IMG/VR virus record: IMGVR_UViG_3300035208_008116
Span: 73,539-102,144 of that record
Strand: one strand, 5' to 3'
Origin: a virus
Lineage: Duplodnaviria > Heunggongvirae > Uroviricota > Caudoviricetes
Length of the DNA stretch: 28,606 nucleotides
A program made the translations under genes and the position numbers. Below, one piece after another: positions 1 to 7,997 of this stretch (position 1 is the first letter of the stretch; every line of letters begins with the position of its first letter). The notes below the pieces were generated by a model that was not told where the DNA came from, ran no database searches, and was given only the letters and a program-made list of their open reading frames with translations.

Positions 1-80
1 AAATTGCTTTAGCCCATCTAAAAGAAATCCCTGATTACTATACCCGGCTAAAGAAGATGGAAGACGGCGCGAAAAAATAA
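1..80 (+). CDS. 3' end of a small phage protein, DUF5661-like (partial)
   Basis: Frame from nt 3 reads IALAHLKEIPDYYTRLKKMEDGAKK* (TAA 78-80). The IAxxHLxExPDYYTRLKKME motif is recalled as the DUF5661 signature. Confidence 0.7.
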   Translation, partial: IALAHLKEIPDYYTRLKKMEDGAKK

Positions 81-84
81 AAAT

Positions 85-2214
85 ATGGCACAATCAATTA
101 AACCACAATATAATAGTTACAACCCCAATGATTTCGGACCCAAAGAGGTTGAGTTGAGGAATAAGTTTATGCTTCAAATGAATGATGCCCGGACTTATTT
201 CTTGAATATGATTAAACCAAGGCTTGATCGTTCTTACAAATTGTACATTTCCTATAATGGAGATAGACAGAAGGAGATCAAGAAATGGCAATCAAATATC
301 TTTGTTCCCTATGTCCAAGCGGTTGTCGAGACTTTGATGCCCAGGATCTTGGACGCTCGTCCAGATTTTGCTGTTCAAGGGAGGACAGAAGAGGATCAAC
401 TCAAAGCGGATAAGCAGCAACAATTGATGGATTATCTCTGGGAAATTTCAAAGATGGACCAAACAAACGAAGATGTTGTTCGCTCTTCCCTTGTTTATGG
501 GACTGGATATCTTCAAGTTAGTTGGAAGAAGGATGTTAGGACTTATAAGTTCCTGAAGACGAAAGACCTAGCCTCTAGTAAATATGTTTATGAGGACAAG
601 ACTAAGACCTTCTATGATGCTCCTTTTGCTGAGTGGGTGGATAACTATAATCTTTGGTATGACTGGCACAATACTGCCAGACAAAGCAAACAATTCTGGT
701 TTAAAAGGTTGGTATTAACTGAATCAGAGATCAAGAGGAAATACCCTTCTGCTGACAAAAAGAGGCTAGCTCTTGCCTTAAATTCTCCAGGAGGAGATCT
801 GCAGGACTTCGCATCTGTCCGCAATTTGGTAAAGGCGAACCATCAATACATCATTAAAGGTCTCGCCCCCCTTACTAGCTATCGGGGTATTGGAGATGAT
901 AAGTATAATATCTTTAGTGACCAACAACTTAGAATGTATGAGGTCTTTGAATGGACTCGTCCCTTTGATGATGCCTACTGCGTTCTTGTTGGTGGTAACT
1001 ATGTTCCGATTTTGAAAGGAGCGGTTATCCCTATCCCTTATGACTTTAAAGAGGCTTGCTTTATTGAGTTCCCATATCTTCGCCTCCCAGGGGAGTTTGA
1101 AGGCCACGGATTACCAATGATTCTTGAGAATCCTCAATTGATGCTGAATATGATTAAGAACCAGCGACTTGATGCTGCAACCTTGAGTATCCATAAGATG
1201 TGGATTGTTAACCCCCTGGCTAATATCAATAAAGAAGAACTGGTTACTCGTCCATTTGGTATTATTTACTCAATTGATCCTAATGGTGTTAGGGAGGTTC
1301 AGTTTAGCGATATTAAAGCAAGTGCTTATCGTGAGGAAGATCTTCTTAAGGGGGATATGCGTTATTCTTCCGGAGTGGATGATTTCTCTATGGGTGGAGG
1401 CGGTGGAGCGAGTAGTGCCACTGAGGTTCGACATCTTCGAGAGTCGACCCTTGAGCGTGTTCGGTTATTTGTGAATCACCTAGGAGATGGTTATGCGGAC
1501 ATGATGAGACTTTGGATGGATATGTCTCGGCAATTTTTCACAAAGACAATGATTATTCGAATCATTGGTGATGATGGGAAAGAAATGTTCCCTCTCGTAG
1601 AAAAAGATGATCTTCGGGGTAATTTTGACTATCGCGCTACAGTTCTTCCTTCGATTGCAGGAATGAATGATATTAAGAAGAAGCAGGATATGGACCTCTT
1701 CCAGTTACTCGTTGCTATGCCGTTCATTGACCCAAGAAAACTGACTTCAAAGGTTCTTGCTGACTGGAGTTGGAGTTTAGACAATATCGCAAAGTCTGAG
1801 GAAGCCCCGGAACAGGCTCAACAAATGGGTCCAGATGGAAAACCTTTGCCTCAGGAAATGCAAGGAGCTGAGCAACCTCAGCAGGGACAACCGGCAGGGG
1901 GAGAAGAAATGGATCTTGGGGGAGGTGTTCCCTACACTCCATCACAGATTCCTCCCGCTGTTCTTAAGAGTGCTCTAGCGATGCTTAAGGGAGGATCTTC
2001 GACAGGCGGAGCCGCCTTTGCTGAGGCTAGTTCTCCAATAAATTTATTGGCAGGGGGGCCTCCACCGACAGTCCAGGGGATAACTGCGGGAAAAACAACG
2101 AATCCTAGAGGATTAAATAGAGGAGGAGCCGTTAACACAAATATCCCGACGTCGGGAAGTTCAGCTAACCCTGAGGCAACATTACAAAATAGAGTCTTTA
2201 ACATTCAAAAATAA
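85..2214 (+). CDS. Portal protein (P22/SU10-like podoviral type), 709 aa, with low-complexity Q/P/G C-terminal extension
   Basis: Size, position upstream of scaffold and capsid genes, and motifs WQSNIFVPYVQAVVETLMPRI, LPGEFEGHGLPMILENPQLMLNMIKNQRLDAATLSI and SATEV typical of this portal class. Confidence 0.9.
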   Translation: MAQSIKPQYNSYNPNDFGPKEVELRNKFMLQMNDARTYFLNMIKPRLDRSYKLYISYNGDRQKEIKKWQSNIFVPYVQAVVETLMPRILDARPDFAVQGRTEEDQLKADKQQQLMDYLWEISKMDQTNEDVVRSSLVYGTGYLQVSWKKDVRTYKFLKTKDLASSKYVYEDKTKTFYDAPFAEWVDNYNLWYDWHNTARQSKQFWFKRLVLTESEIKRKYPSADKKRLALALNSPGGDLQDFASVRNLVKANHQYIIKGLAPLTSYRGIGDDKYNIFSDQQLRMYEVFEWTRPFDDAYCVLVGGNYVPILKGAVIPIPYDFKEACFIEFPYLRLPGEFEGHGLPMILENPQLMLNMIKNQRLDAATLSIHKMWIVNPLANINKEELVTRPFGIIYSIDPNGVREVQFSDIKASAYREEDLLKGDMRYSSGVDDFSMGGGGGASSATEVRHLRESTLERVRLFVNHLGDGYADMMRLWMDMSRQFFTKTMIIRIIGDDGKEMFPLVEKDDLRGNFDYRATVLPSIAGMNDIKKKQDMDLFQLLVAMPFIDPRKLTSKVLADWSWSLDNIAKSEEAPEQAQQMGPDGKPLPQEMQGAEQPQQGQPAGGEEMDLGGGVPYTPSQIPPAVLKSALAMLKGGSSTGGAAFAEASSPINLLAGGPPPTVQGITAGKTTNPRGLNRGGAVNTNIPTSGSSANPEATLQNRVFNIQK

Positions 2215-2216
2215 TT

Positions 2217-2558
2217 ATGAAGAAAAATAATGAAGGAACTAAGAGTGCTCAGTTTATGACCGATAAAGAGGCTGAGGAAATAAAAGACATGTCAGATAGT
2301 GAAATGAAATCCCTTTTGTTAGGTCTTCGGTCTAGTCGGGTTTGGATCGCGATATTAAAGTATAATTTTGAGAGGCTTCAAATGGCTGATCATGCCCTCC
2401 ATACCCTTGACCCCTTTAAGGACCCTACCAGCATGGCAAGACATCAGGGGATTATCACAGGAATTTCAGATTTACCTGAGATGGTCTCTATCCTAGAGGC
2501 AACGAGAACTCCAAAGGAAAAAGATAAAGAAGATGAATATTCAGATCTTCCTGAATAG
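2217..2558 (+). CDS. Hypothetical protein following the portal (possibly Bbp19-like), 113 aa
   Basis: Starts 2 nt after the portal stop; helical pattern ending ARHQGIITGISDLPEMV; this position is common in podophage head modules. Confidence 0.7.
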   Translation: MKKNNEGTKSAQFMTDKEAEEIKDMSDSEMKSLLLGLRSSRVWIAILKYNFERLQMADHALHTLDPFKDPTSMARHQGIITGISDLPEMVSILEATRTPKEKDKEDEYSDLPE

Positions 2559-2574
2559 TAAAGTTCGTTTATTA

Positions 2575-2590
2575 GGACTTATGTTATACT
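2575..2590 (+). promoter_or_regulatory. Putative late promoter, extended -10 (TGnTATACT), copy 1
   Basis: GGACTTATGTTATACT in an intergenic gap; 15/16 identical to 11096-11111. Confidence 0.6.
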
Positions 2591-2613
2591 AATTATAAGA
2601 AAAAAATAAAAAC

Positions 2614-2784
2614 ATGGCAGGTCAATGGATAAAAAGTGCAATTAAGCATCCGGGTGCTCTGACGGAGCAAGCTTCCTCGGCGGGGAAGTCTCTTGATCAA
2701 TATTGTTCGTCTCCAGGCATTAGTACAAAAACAAAGCGTCGATGTGCCTTGCGAAAAACATTAATGGGATTTAATAAAAAATAA
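2614..2784 (+). CDS. Small basic phage protein, 56 aa (not in ORF track)
   Basis: MAGQWIKSAIKHPGALTEQASSAGKSLDQYCSSPGISTKTKRRCALRKTLMGFNKK*. The WIxxAIKHPGAL...RxxLxxTL pattern is recalled from small hypothetical phage proteins; A-rich leader. Confidence 0.75.
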   Translation: MAGQWIKSAIKHPGALTEQASSAGKSLDQYCSSPGISTKTKRRCALRKTLMGFNKK

Positions 2785-2785
2785 T

Positions 2786-2950
2786 ATGGCACTAACAAAA
2801 GAAAAAAAGAAGAGATTCTTAAAAATGATAGCTAAGAAGGCCGGGAAAAAGGGAGAGGGTGTTGAGGGTAAGGAAGAAAAAGGAGAAAAAGAAGAAGCCG
2901 GCGAAGGCTGTGGAGCTATCAAAGGTTATCAGTCTTTAAAGAATAAATAA
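2786..2950 (+). CDS. Small K/E/G-rich protein, 54 aa (not in ORF track)
   Basis: MALTKEKKKRFLKMIAKKAGKKGEGVEGKEEKGEKEEAGEGCGAIKGYQSLKNK*; TAA-T-ATG junctions on both sides. Confidence 0.6.
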   Translation: MALTKEKKKRFLKMIAKKAGKKGEGVEGKEEKGEKEEAGEGCGAIKGYQSLKNK

Positions 2951-2951
2951 T

Positions 2952-3182
2952 ATGGACAGAGCTATTTTAAGAAAAAAATTGAAGGAAATCGTCAAAAAAG
3001 CCATTCCTGCGGGGAAGAAGGTTGTGAAGGTAGCTACTTACCCATTCACAAAGTTTGGAGATCTTGTTGAAAATGCAATGAGGACAGAAGAAGGGATGAG
3101 GACTATGACGATGAAAAAACTCCAAAAGAAACAAAAAGATGATTTGGACCTAATGCGGGGCTTTGCCCCAGATAAAGATTAA
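2952..3182 (+). CDS. Small Lys-rich protein, 76 aa
   Basis: ORF track; tiles with its neighbours via TAATATG junctions. Confidence 0.6.
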   Translation: MDRAILRKKLKEIVKKAIPAGKKVVKVATYPFTKFGDLVENAMRTEEGMRTMTMKKLQKKQKDDLDLMRGFAPDKD

Positions 3183-3183
3183 T

Positions 3184-3369
3184 ATGGCAACTAATTCTTT
3201 TGAAAAAACAGGGAAATCAATACTGAATTCAGTAAAGAATGTATCGACTCCAAGAACAACCGCAACCTCAGCCTTAGAAGGTCGACTTAAGGTGGGAGTG
3301 GCCGCAAGAAAAAAAGCCAAAAAGAAGAAAATCCTAAAGGCTGCGGTTATTAAAAAGGTAAAATTTTAG
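3184..3369 (+). CDS. Small very basic protein, 61 aa
   Basis: Track start is 3163; ATG 3184 preferred because it follows the upstream TAA by 1 nt like its neighbours. C-terminus AARKKAKKKKILKAAVIKKVKF. Confidence 0.6.
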   Translation: MATNSFEKTGKSILNSVKNVSTPRTTATSALEGRLKVGVAARKKAKKKKILKAAVIKKVKF

Positions 3370-3373
3370 ACAA

Positions 3374-3796
3374 ATGAACATTGATAAAGGAAAAAAAGGA
3401 GAAAAAGCTGCGACTGACGTCGTTGCTCGAGGGCCTCAATCCTCTATTGGCCCCGAAGATGGAAAAGGTGGGGTGATCTCTTCGATTAAGGATAAATTGG
3501 CTAATCGAAAAGTGGGGGTAAAACCTTCCTTAGGAGATCTTGCCAGTCACTCGATCAAAGGAGTTCTTGGAGGAATTAGAGAAACTGGGAAAAATGTCAG
3601 CGATGCTTTGTCGAAGGGTACGTTGGGAAAGGTTCCCTTGAGACCTAATGTGGGGAACCAGCCTACTTATGGGACTCCCGCTAAAAAATTTGATCTCGAG
3701 ACAATAAGACCCAAAATACTTGATAGATCCCCAAAAAGGAAGAAATTAGAGGATGATATTAAAACAAAGATGAAATTGAGAATGTTGCAAAAGTAG
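3374..3796 (+). CDS. Basic G/K-rich hypothetical protein, 140 aa
   Basis: ORF track; starts 4 nt after the previous stop and precedes the scaffold gene. Confidence 0.65.
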   Translation: MNIDKGKKGEKAATDVVARGPQSSIGPEDGKGGVISSIKDKLANRKVGVKPSLGDLASHSIKGVLGGIRETGKNVSDALSKGTLGKVPLRPNVGNQPTYGTPAKKFDLETIRPKILDRSPKRKKLEDDIKTKMKLRMLQK

Positions 3797-3848
3797 GTTA
3801 GAAATTCGTGCACAAAATTTTAACAATTAATTATGAAGATAAACAATC

Positions 3849-4634
3849 ATGGCAGATAATAATTTAAAAGACGGGTCCGTTGAAACGGGTAGCCCAATAG
3901 GAAATGGTCCGACTAATCCTAACGCCTTAGGGGGCTCAGTCGGGCAGCCATCAACTGGGCCAGATTATAAGGCGCAATATGAAGAACTAGAGTCGAAGAT
4001 GGGTCCAATGGGACAAGAATTAGGAGACTACCGCAAATTTTTTGAGGGAGTCGCTCCCCTTCTTGACAAATTGGATCAAAGTCCTCAATTAGTCCAGGCT
4101 ATTATGGAAGGCAGAATCGATGCTGACCTAGCCAAAGCAGCTCTGGAAGGTAAAATTTCAATCGCGGAAGCGGCTGTTGTTACCCAAGCTAGCGAGGAAG
4201 TGAAGAAAGAACTTGGAAAGAAGGCATTAGCCTCAACTTCAACAGACGATATTAATCGTCTTATTGAGGAAAAGGCGGCAACCATTCGCCAAGATCTTGA
4301 GGCAAAAATGAAGGAAGACAAGGACGAAAGAGATTTCGAAGCCAAAGTCAATGACTTCATTAGCAATACTCCAGACTTTGAAGATTACGCCAAAGACATA
4401 AATGAGTGGTTAGACAAACATGATGTCACAGACATTCAAGTTGCTTACTACGCCGTCAAAGGTGAACTTTCAGAGCGCGAGGCCCGCAAGAAAGCCCAAG
4501 AGGCTGAAGGTGAAGGCCAAAAAGGTTTAGCGGCGAATGCTGCTGGCGGTGGCTCCCTTGGAACCACTATCGTAGGAGGTGAGGACCTCGTCGACACGCT
4601 TATCGCTGGTCGTTCAAACCCTAACCTGTTCTAA
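3849..4634 (+). CDS. Capsid scaffolding protein, 261 aa
   Basis: Immediately upstream of the MCP; disordered N-terminus, YKAQYEELESKMGPMGQELGDYRK motif, acidic coiled-coil body. Confidence 0.8.
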   Translation: MADNNLKDGSVETGSPIGNGPTNPNALGGSVGQPSTGPDYKAQYEELESKMGPMGQELGDYRKFFEGVAPLLDKLDQSPQLVQAIMEGRIDADLAKAALEGKISIAEAAVVTQASEEVKKELGKKALASTSTDDINRLIEEKAATIRQDLEAKMKEDKDERDFEAKVNDFISNTPDFEDYAKDINEWLDKHDVTDIQVAYYAVKGELSEREARKKAQEAEGEGQKGLAANAAGGGSLGTTIVGGEDLVDTLIAGRSNPNLF

Positions 4635-4666
4635 ATTATTACTAAATTATTAAAAGTTATATTATT

Positions 4667-5935
4667 ATGGCTAATCAATATCCTTATTATACTGAACCTA
4701 CTCATACCCAAGGTGTGGTGACGAATGCGTCTTCAAACGCTGCCCGAACTACTGCTACCTCGGCGACTGAGGAACGGTTAATTGTCGACGCGGTCGATAA
4801 AATCTTCTTACTCGAACCGAACAAGCACCCTCTCGTAACCCTTTTGACTAATGTTGGAAAGGTTTATGACGGTAAGGCTTGGAGAGGCTCTTCAATGTTG
4901 AAGCGCCCGACCGGTAACCCTGAGTTCAAATGGTTTGAAGACTACTACGGTGGTCGTTACGCCAAAGTGAGTGGTACTTGTACTTCAGCGGTGGATCAAA
5001 CCCCCACTGTGACAGGAGCTGGCTCAAACTCTGGTTACATCTTTACTCCTGGGGACGTTGTTAAGAACATGAGAACTGGTGAAAACGCTGTTGTCGACAC
5101 AACGATTGCGGCGACGACCGTTAAACTCCATGTTCGAGGCTTCGGTTCAACTGCAGCGGCCGCGATGGCTGATGGCGATTCTCTCTTCATTGTCGGTAAC
5201 GTTAATGAGGAAAACGGTGGAGCTCGTACTGTAAACACCACCCAAACATCTCCTCAGACCAATTATACCCAAATCTTTAAGACCACGATTGCTCTCTCCA
5301 ACACCGAAAAAGAGGCTAATCTGTATGGTGGCAAAGACTTGCCTTATCAGAGAGCTAAGAAAGGTACCGAGCACGCGCTCGATATCGAAAGAGCTTTCTG
5401 GTGGAGCCAAAAGACTACGGATACCGGTGGTACCCAAGGTCATACCCGTCGCTCGACCGGTGGTATTCTTGAATTCATCGAGGCTGGTAATTCTTACGTT
5501 CAAAATCAAGGCGGTCCTTTAACTGCCCCAGATTTGAACACTTTCCTCCGAGAAGGTTTCACTTATGGGAATGACACAAAAATGTTGTTCTCTGGTGGCA
5601 TCGTCCTCCAAGCAATCAACGAAATTGCCCGGGGTCAAATCTTGACCAAACCTCTTGATACTACTTACGGTATGAAGATCAGCCAATGGCAAACAGCCTT
5701 TGGTACTGTAAACATTGTTCACAACCCATTATTCGTAGAGGATGCAGCTGGTTCGGCTTTCATGCTTGACATGGACGGATTTGCTTATCGTTACATGAAT
5801 AACCGAGACACGAAGCTTGAGACTAATATCCAAGCTCCTGATGTTGATGGTGAGGTTGATCAATACATCACTGAATGTGGTTTGCAACGAGCCCAAAGCC
5901 CGAAGCATGCCTATCTCAAGGGTGTAACTTCCTAG
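4667..5935 (+). CDS. Major capsid protein (HK97 fold; SU10 MCP/DUF5309-like), 422 aa
   Basis: Motifs PEFKWFED, NYTQIFKTTI, HALDIERAFWW, RRSTGGI, TTYGMKISQWQTAFG, VHNPLF, DQYITECGL; strong high-expression codon bias (about 36 of ~42 Gly codons GGT/GGC by hand count). Confidence 0.92.
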   Translation: MANQYPYYTEPTHTQGVVTNASSNAARTTATSATEERLIVDAVDKIFLLEPNKHPLVTLLTNVGKVYDGKAWRGSSMLKRPTGNPEFKWFEDYYGGRYAKVSGTCTSAVDQTPTVTGAGSNSGYIFTPGDVVKNMRTGENAVVDTTIAATTVKLHVRGFGSTAAAAMADGDSLFIVGNVNEENGGARTVNTTQTSPQTNYTQIFKTTIALSNTEKEANLYGGKDLPYQRAKKGTEHALDIERAFWWSQKTTDTGGTQGHTRRSTGGILEFIEAGNSYVQNQGGPLTAPDLNTFLREGFTYGNDTKMLFSGGIVLQAINEIARGQILTKPLDTTYGMKISQWQTAFGTVNIVHNPLFVEDAAGSAFMLDMDGFAYRYMNNRDTKLETNIQAPDVDGEVDQYITECGLQRAQSPKHAYLKGVTS

Positions 5936-6023
5936 TCTATCGTTTGGCTAGTAATCCTACCTGGGGGTGGGATGAAAAATCACCTCCAGGCGAAGGGTAA
6001 CCTTCGTCCCGACACGTCACGGG
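5932..6023 (+). other. Cluster of four adjacent RNA hairpins after the MCP stop
   Basis: CTAGTC/GGCTAG (5932-5951); CCTGGGGGTG/CACCTCCAGG (5960-5990); CGAAGG-GTAA-CCTTCG (5991-6006); CCCG/CGGG (6008-6023); no U-tract. Confidence 0.5.
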
Positions 6024-6063
6024 TAATTGACTATTAACAATCTTAATAACGAAAATAATTATT

Positions 6064-6792
6064 ATGGCTTCATTAGATTCATTACAAGTTCGACAATTAA
6101 TGGCTAAGGGGGTAGTGGTTCAGAAAGCTTCTGATACTTCTGTTGCTCTTCGCCTGCGCTACGTTGGTACTGGTACTGTGACTTCGGTTACTACTGTTAC
6201 TGCGACTAGCGTTGTCACTATTTCAACTGCGGGGACTGGTTATGCGACAGAGGGGACAAAGACTTATCTTTTCTCTGCTTATGCCACAATGGGGGAGCTT
6301 GCTGACGCTATTAACGCTGACGGGATTTTTGAGTGCAAGGTTCTCGATGTCCTTCGTTCTGATGCTTCAGACAATAATCTCTTGGCCTCAGCTTTAACAG
6401 ATACCAATGCCATTGATGAAATGGGGAATGCTACTTGGGATATCTTCACTGATACCTCTGCCTTCTTCCAGCTTGGTGTCTGTCTTTCGGCTCACCGAGG
6501 CTTCGATGCTCCAAAGAATCGACGTGTTCATTTGCAAGAAATTGCTTATGTCGCCGATGTTGGCACCGCTGCTTATGATAATCTCCAAATTTGGAGACGA
6601 AAGGGTTCCACTGAAATCCAGATTTGGTCTGGGTTGAATGTTGACCATGCTTCCACTTTGAACACTATCAATTTTGCTAGTGGTCTAGGTAAAATTACTA
6701 GTGGGGAAGACGAAGAACTGATCGTCCTGGTGAAGGATGCTGGCTCTTTGGCTGACACTGCCTACATGAGACTTACGGGTATCATTGAATAG
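6064..6792 (+). CDS. Probable virion structural protein (capsid decoration/minor head), 242 aa
   Basis: Directly downstream of the MCP; T/A/S/G-rich beta composition. Function inferred from position only. Confidence 0.6.
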   Translation: MASLDSLQVRQLMAKGVVVQKASDTSVALRLRYVGTGTVTSVTTVTATSVVTISTAGTGYATEGTKTYLFSAYATMGELADAINADGIFECKVLDVLRSDASDNNLLASALTDTNAIDEMGNATWDIFTDTSAFFQLGVCLSAHRGFDAPKNRRVHLQEIAYVADVGTAAYDNLQIWRRKGSTEIQIWSGLNVDHASTLNTINFASGLGKITSGEDEELIVLVKDAGSLADTAYMRLTGIIE

Positions 6793-6798
6793 TCTCTC

Positions 6799-6836
6799 TC
6801 TTGCGATGGGGAGGGAAACCTCCCCTCCACGCAGGA
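6799..6836 (+). other. Strong stem-loop (GGGGAGG-GAAA-CCTCCCC core with extended outer stem)
   Basis: Perfect 7-bp stem with GNRA loop at 6808-6825; outer TCTTGCG/CGCAGGA pairing. It is followed by an A-tract rather than a U-tract, so it is not a canonical intrinsic terminator. Confidence 0.6.
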
Positions 6837-6873
6837 AAAAATTATGAAGATTTTAATTAAAAAGTAAAAAAAT

Positions 6874-7380
6874 ATGAAGTTTATATCTAAAAATGCGAAC
6901 TTAAGAATTGTCTTGCGCCCAGGAATCCCTGGAAATATATTAGCCGGTCAAGTGGCGAAGCCTGGAGTTTATGTTAAATTCCAAGATGGGGTCGTAGAGG
7001 TGAAGGAGGAAGAAACAATCAATATGATGAAACTTCATCCTGGGTTTAACTCTGATTATATCGCTGTTGATCCAACTGAACTAGACCCGTTTATTGGGAC
7101 AAGGGAAGAAATTGAGCCCGGCCACAGTATCTCTAATATAAAGTATGGGCATGTTGAAAAAGTCGCATCTTCTTTTAAAGCTCCTAAACTAACTCCTCAA
7201 ATGCAAAAATTCTTACAGGATCAAGCAACTGAGATGGCGAAGGATATTGTAAAGAAAATGCTCCCAACTGCTGTAGAGGAGACAATTAAGGCATTAGCAG
7301 AAAGACACAAAGACGACAAGAAGGCTGAGGAACCTCAGATTGAGGAAAAATCAGGAAAAAAAGAAAAAGTTACGGCTTAA
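6874..7380 (+). CDS. Hypothetical protein, 168 aa, K/E-rich C-terminus
   Basis: ORF track; A-rich leader; in the structural operon. Confidence 0.75.
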   Translation: MKFISKNANLRIVLRPGIPGNILAGQVAKPGVYVKFQDGVVEVKEEETINMMKLHPGFNSDYIAVDPTELDPFIGTREEIEPGHSISNIKYGHVEKVASSFKAPKLTPQMQKFLQDQATEMAKDIVKKMLPTAVEETIKALAERHKDDKKAEEPQIEEKSGKKEKVTA

Positions 7381-7430
7381 CCCTCTGACCATGCTTGTCG
7401 GGTCGTAAATCTAATTAATTAAACATAAAC

Positions 7431-7988
7431 ATGGCAAATGATAGTATAAATTTCTACTATGATCCGACTCGTCAAGGGTTAGATACCACTCTCTGGAAGA
7501 TTCTGTCTGGGACCCCATCGTATGCTGGAGGTAAGATTACCTTGAATGCTGCGGAAATGATCGGTTATGCCGACATCTTAAAAGGGGAAATCACCTTAAG
7601 TGTCACCATCCCGACGGCTCCAACTGCTGACCTACGGAAGTGGGGGCTTTTTCAGAAAGCCAACGGAGCTGGAGTCTGGTTTGATATTCTTGCGGATGTC
7701 TTTTCTTGTAATGTCAAGAATCAAAATGGAACGACGGAATCGGCAATTGTTGAATGGCAGACGGCATGGACAGCAAAAGCGGAATGGACCATTAAGTGGA
7801 CAGGCTTTTCGGCAGAATTCCTTGTAAACGGAGTTCAAATTGCCTTCCTTAATGGGGATACTCTTACTGAAAAGTACTCAACCAGTAGCGTACCAACAAC
7901 CCCTTTGAGCATTTATCTTCGAAACGACAACTCTGATAACATGGATCTGTCTTATGTAGAAGCATTGAATGTCCAGGGTTATGTCTAA
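7431..7988 (+). CDS. Probable beta-sandwich (ConA/LamG-like) virion protein, 185 aa
   Basis: Trp-rich alternating strands, EWTIKWTGFSAEFLVNGVQIA and PLSIYLRN...MDLSYVE typical of lectin-like jelly rolls; fold is inferred. Confidence 0.55.
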   Translation: MANDSINFYYDPTRQGLDTTLWKILSGTPSYAGGKITLNAAEMIGYADILKGEITLSVTIPTAPTADLRKWGLFQKANGAGVWFDILADVFSCNVKNQNGTTESAIVEWQTAWTAKAEWTIKWTGFSAEFLVNGVQIAFLNGDTLTEKYSTSSVPTTPLSIYLRNDNSDNMDLSYVEALNVQGYV

Positions 7989-7997
7989 ACAACTACT

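Noticed and set aside
6799-6840. Rho-independent terminator call for the GAAA hairpin
   Set aside because: No U-tract follows it on either strand; kept only as a generic stem-loop.
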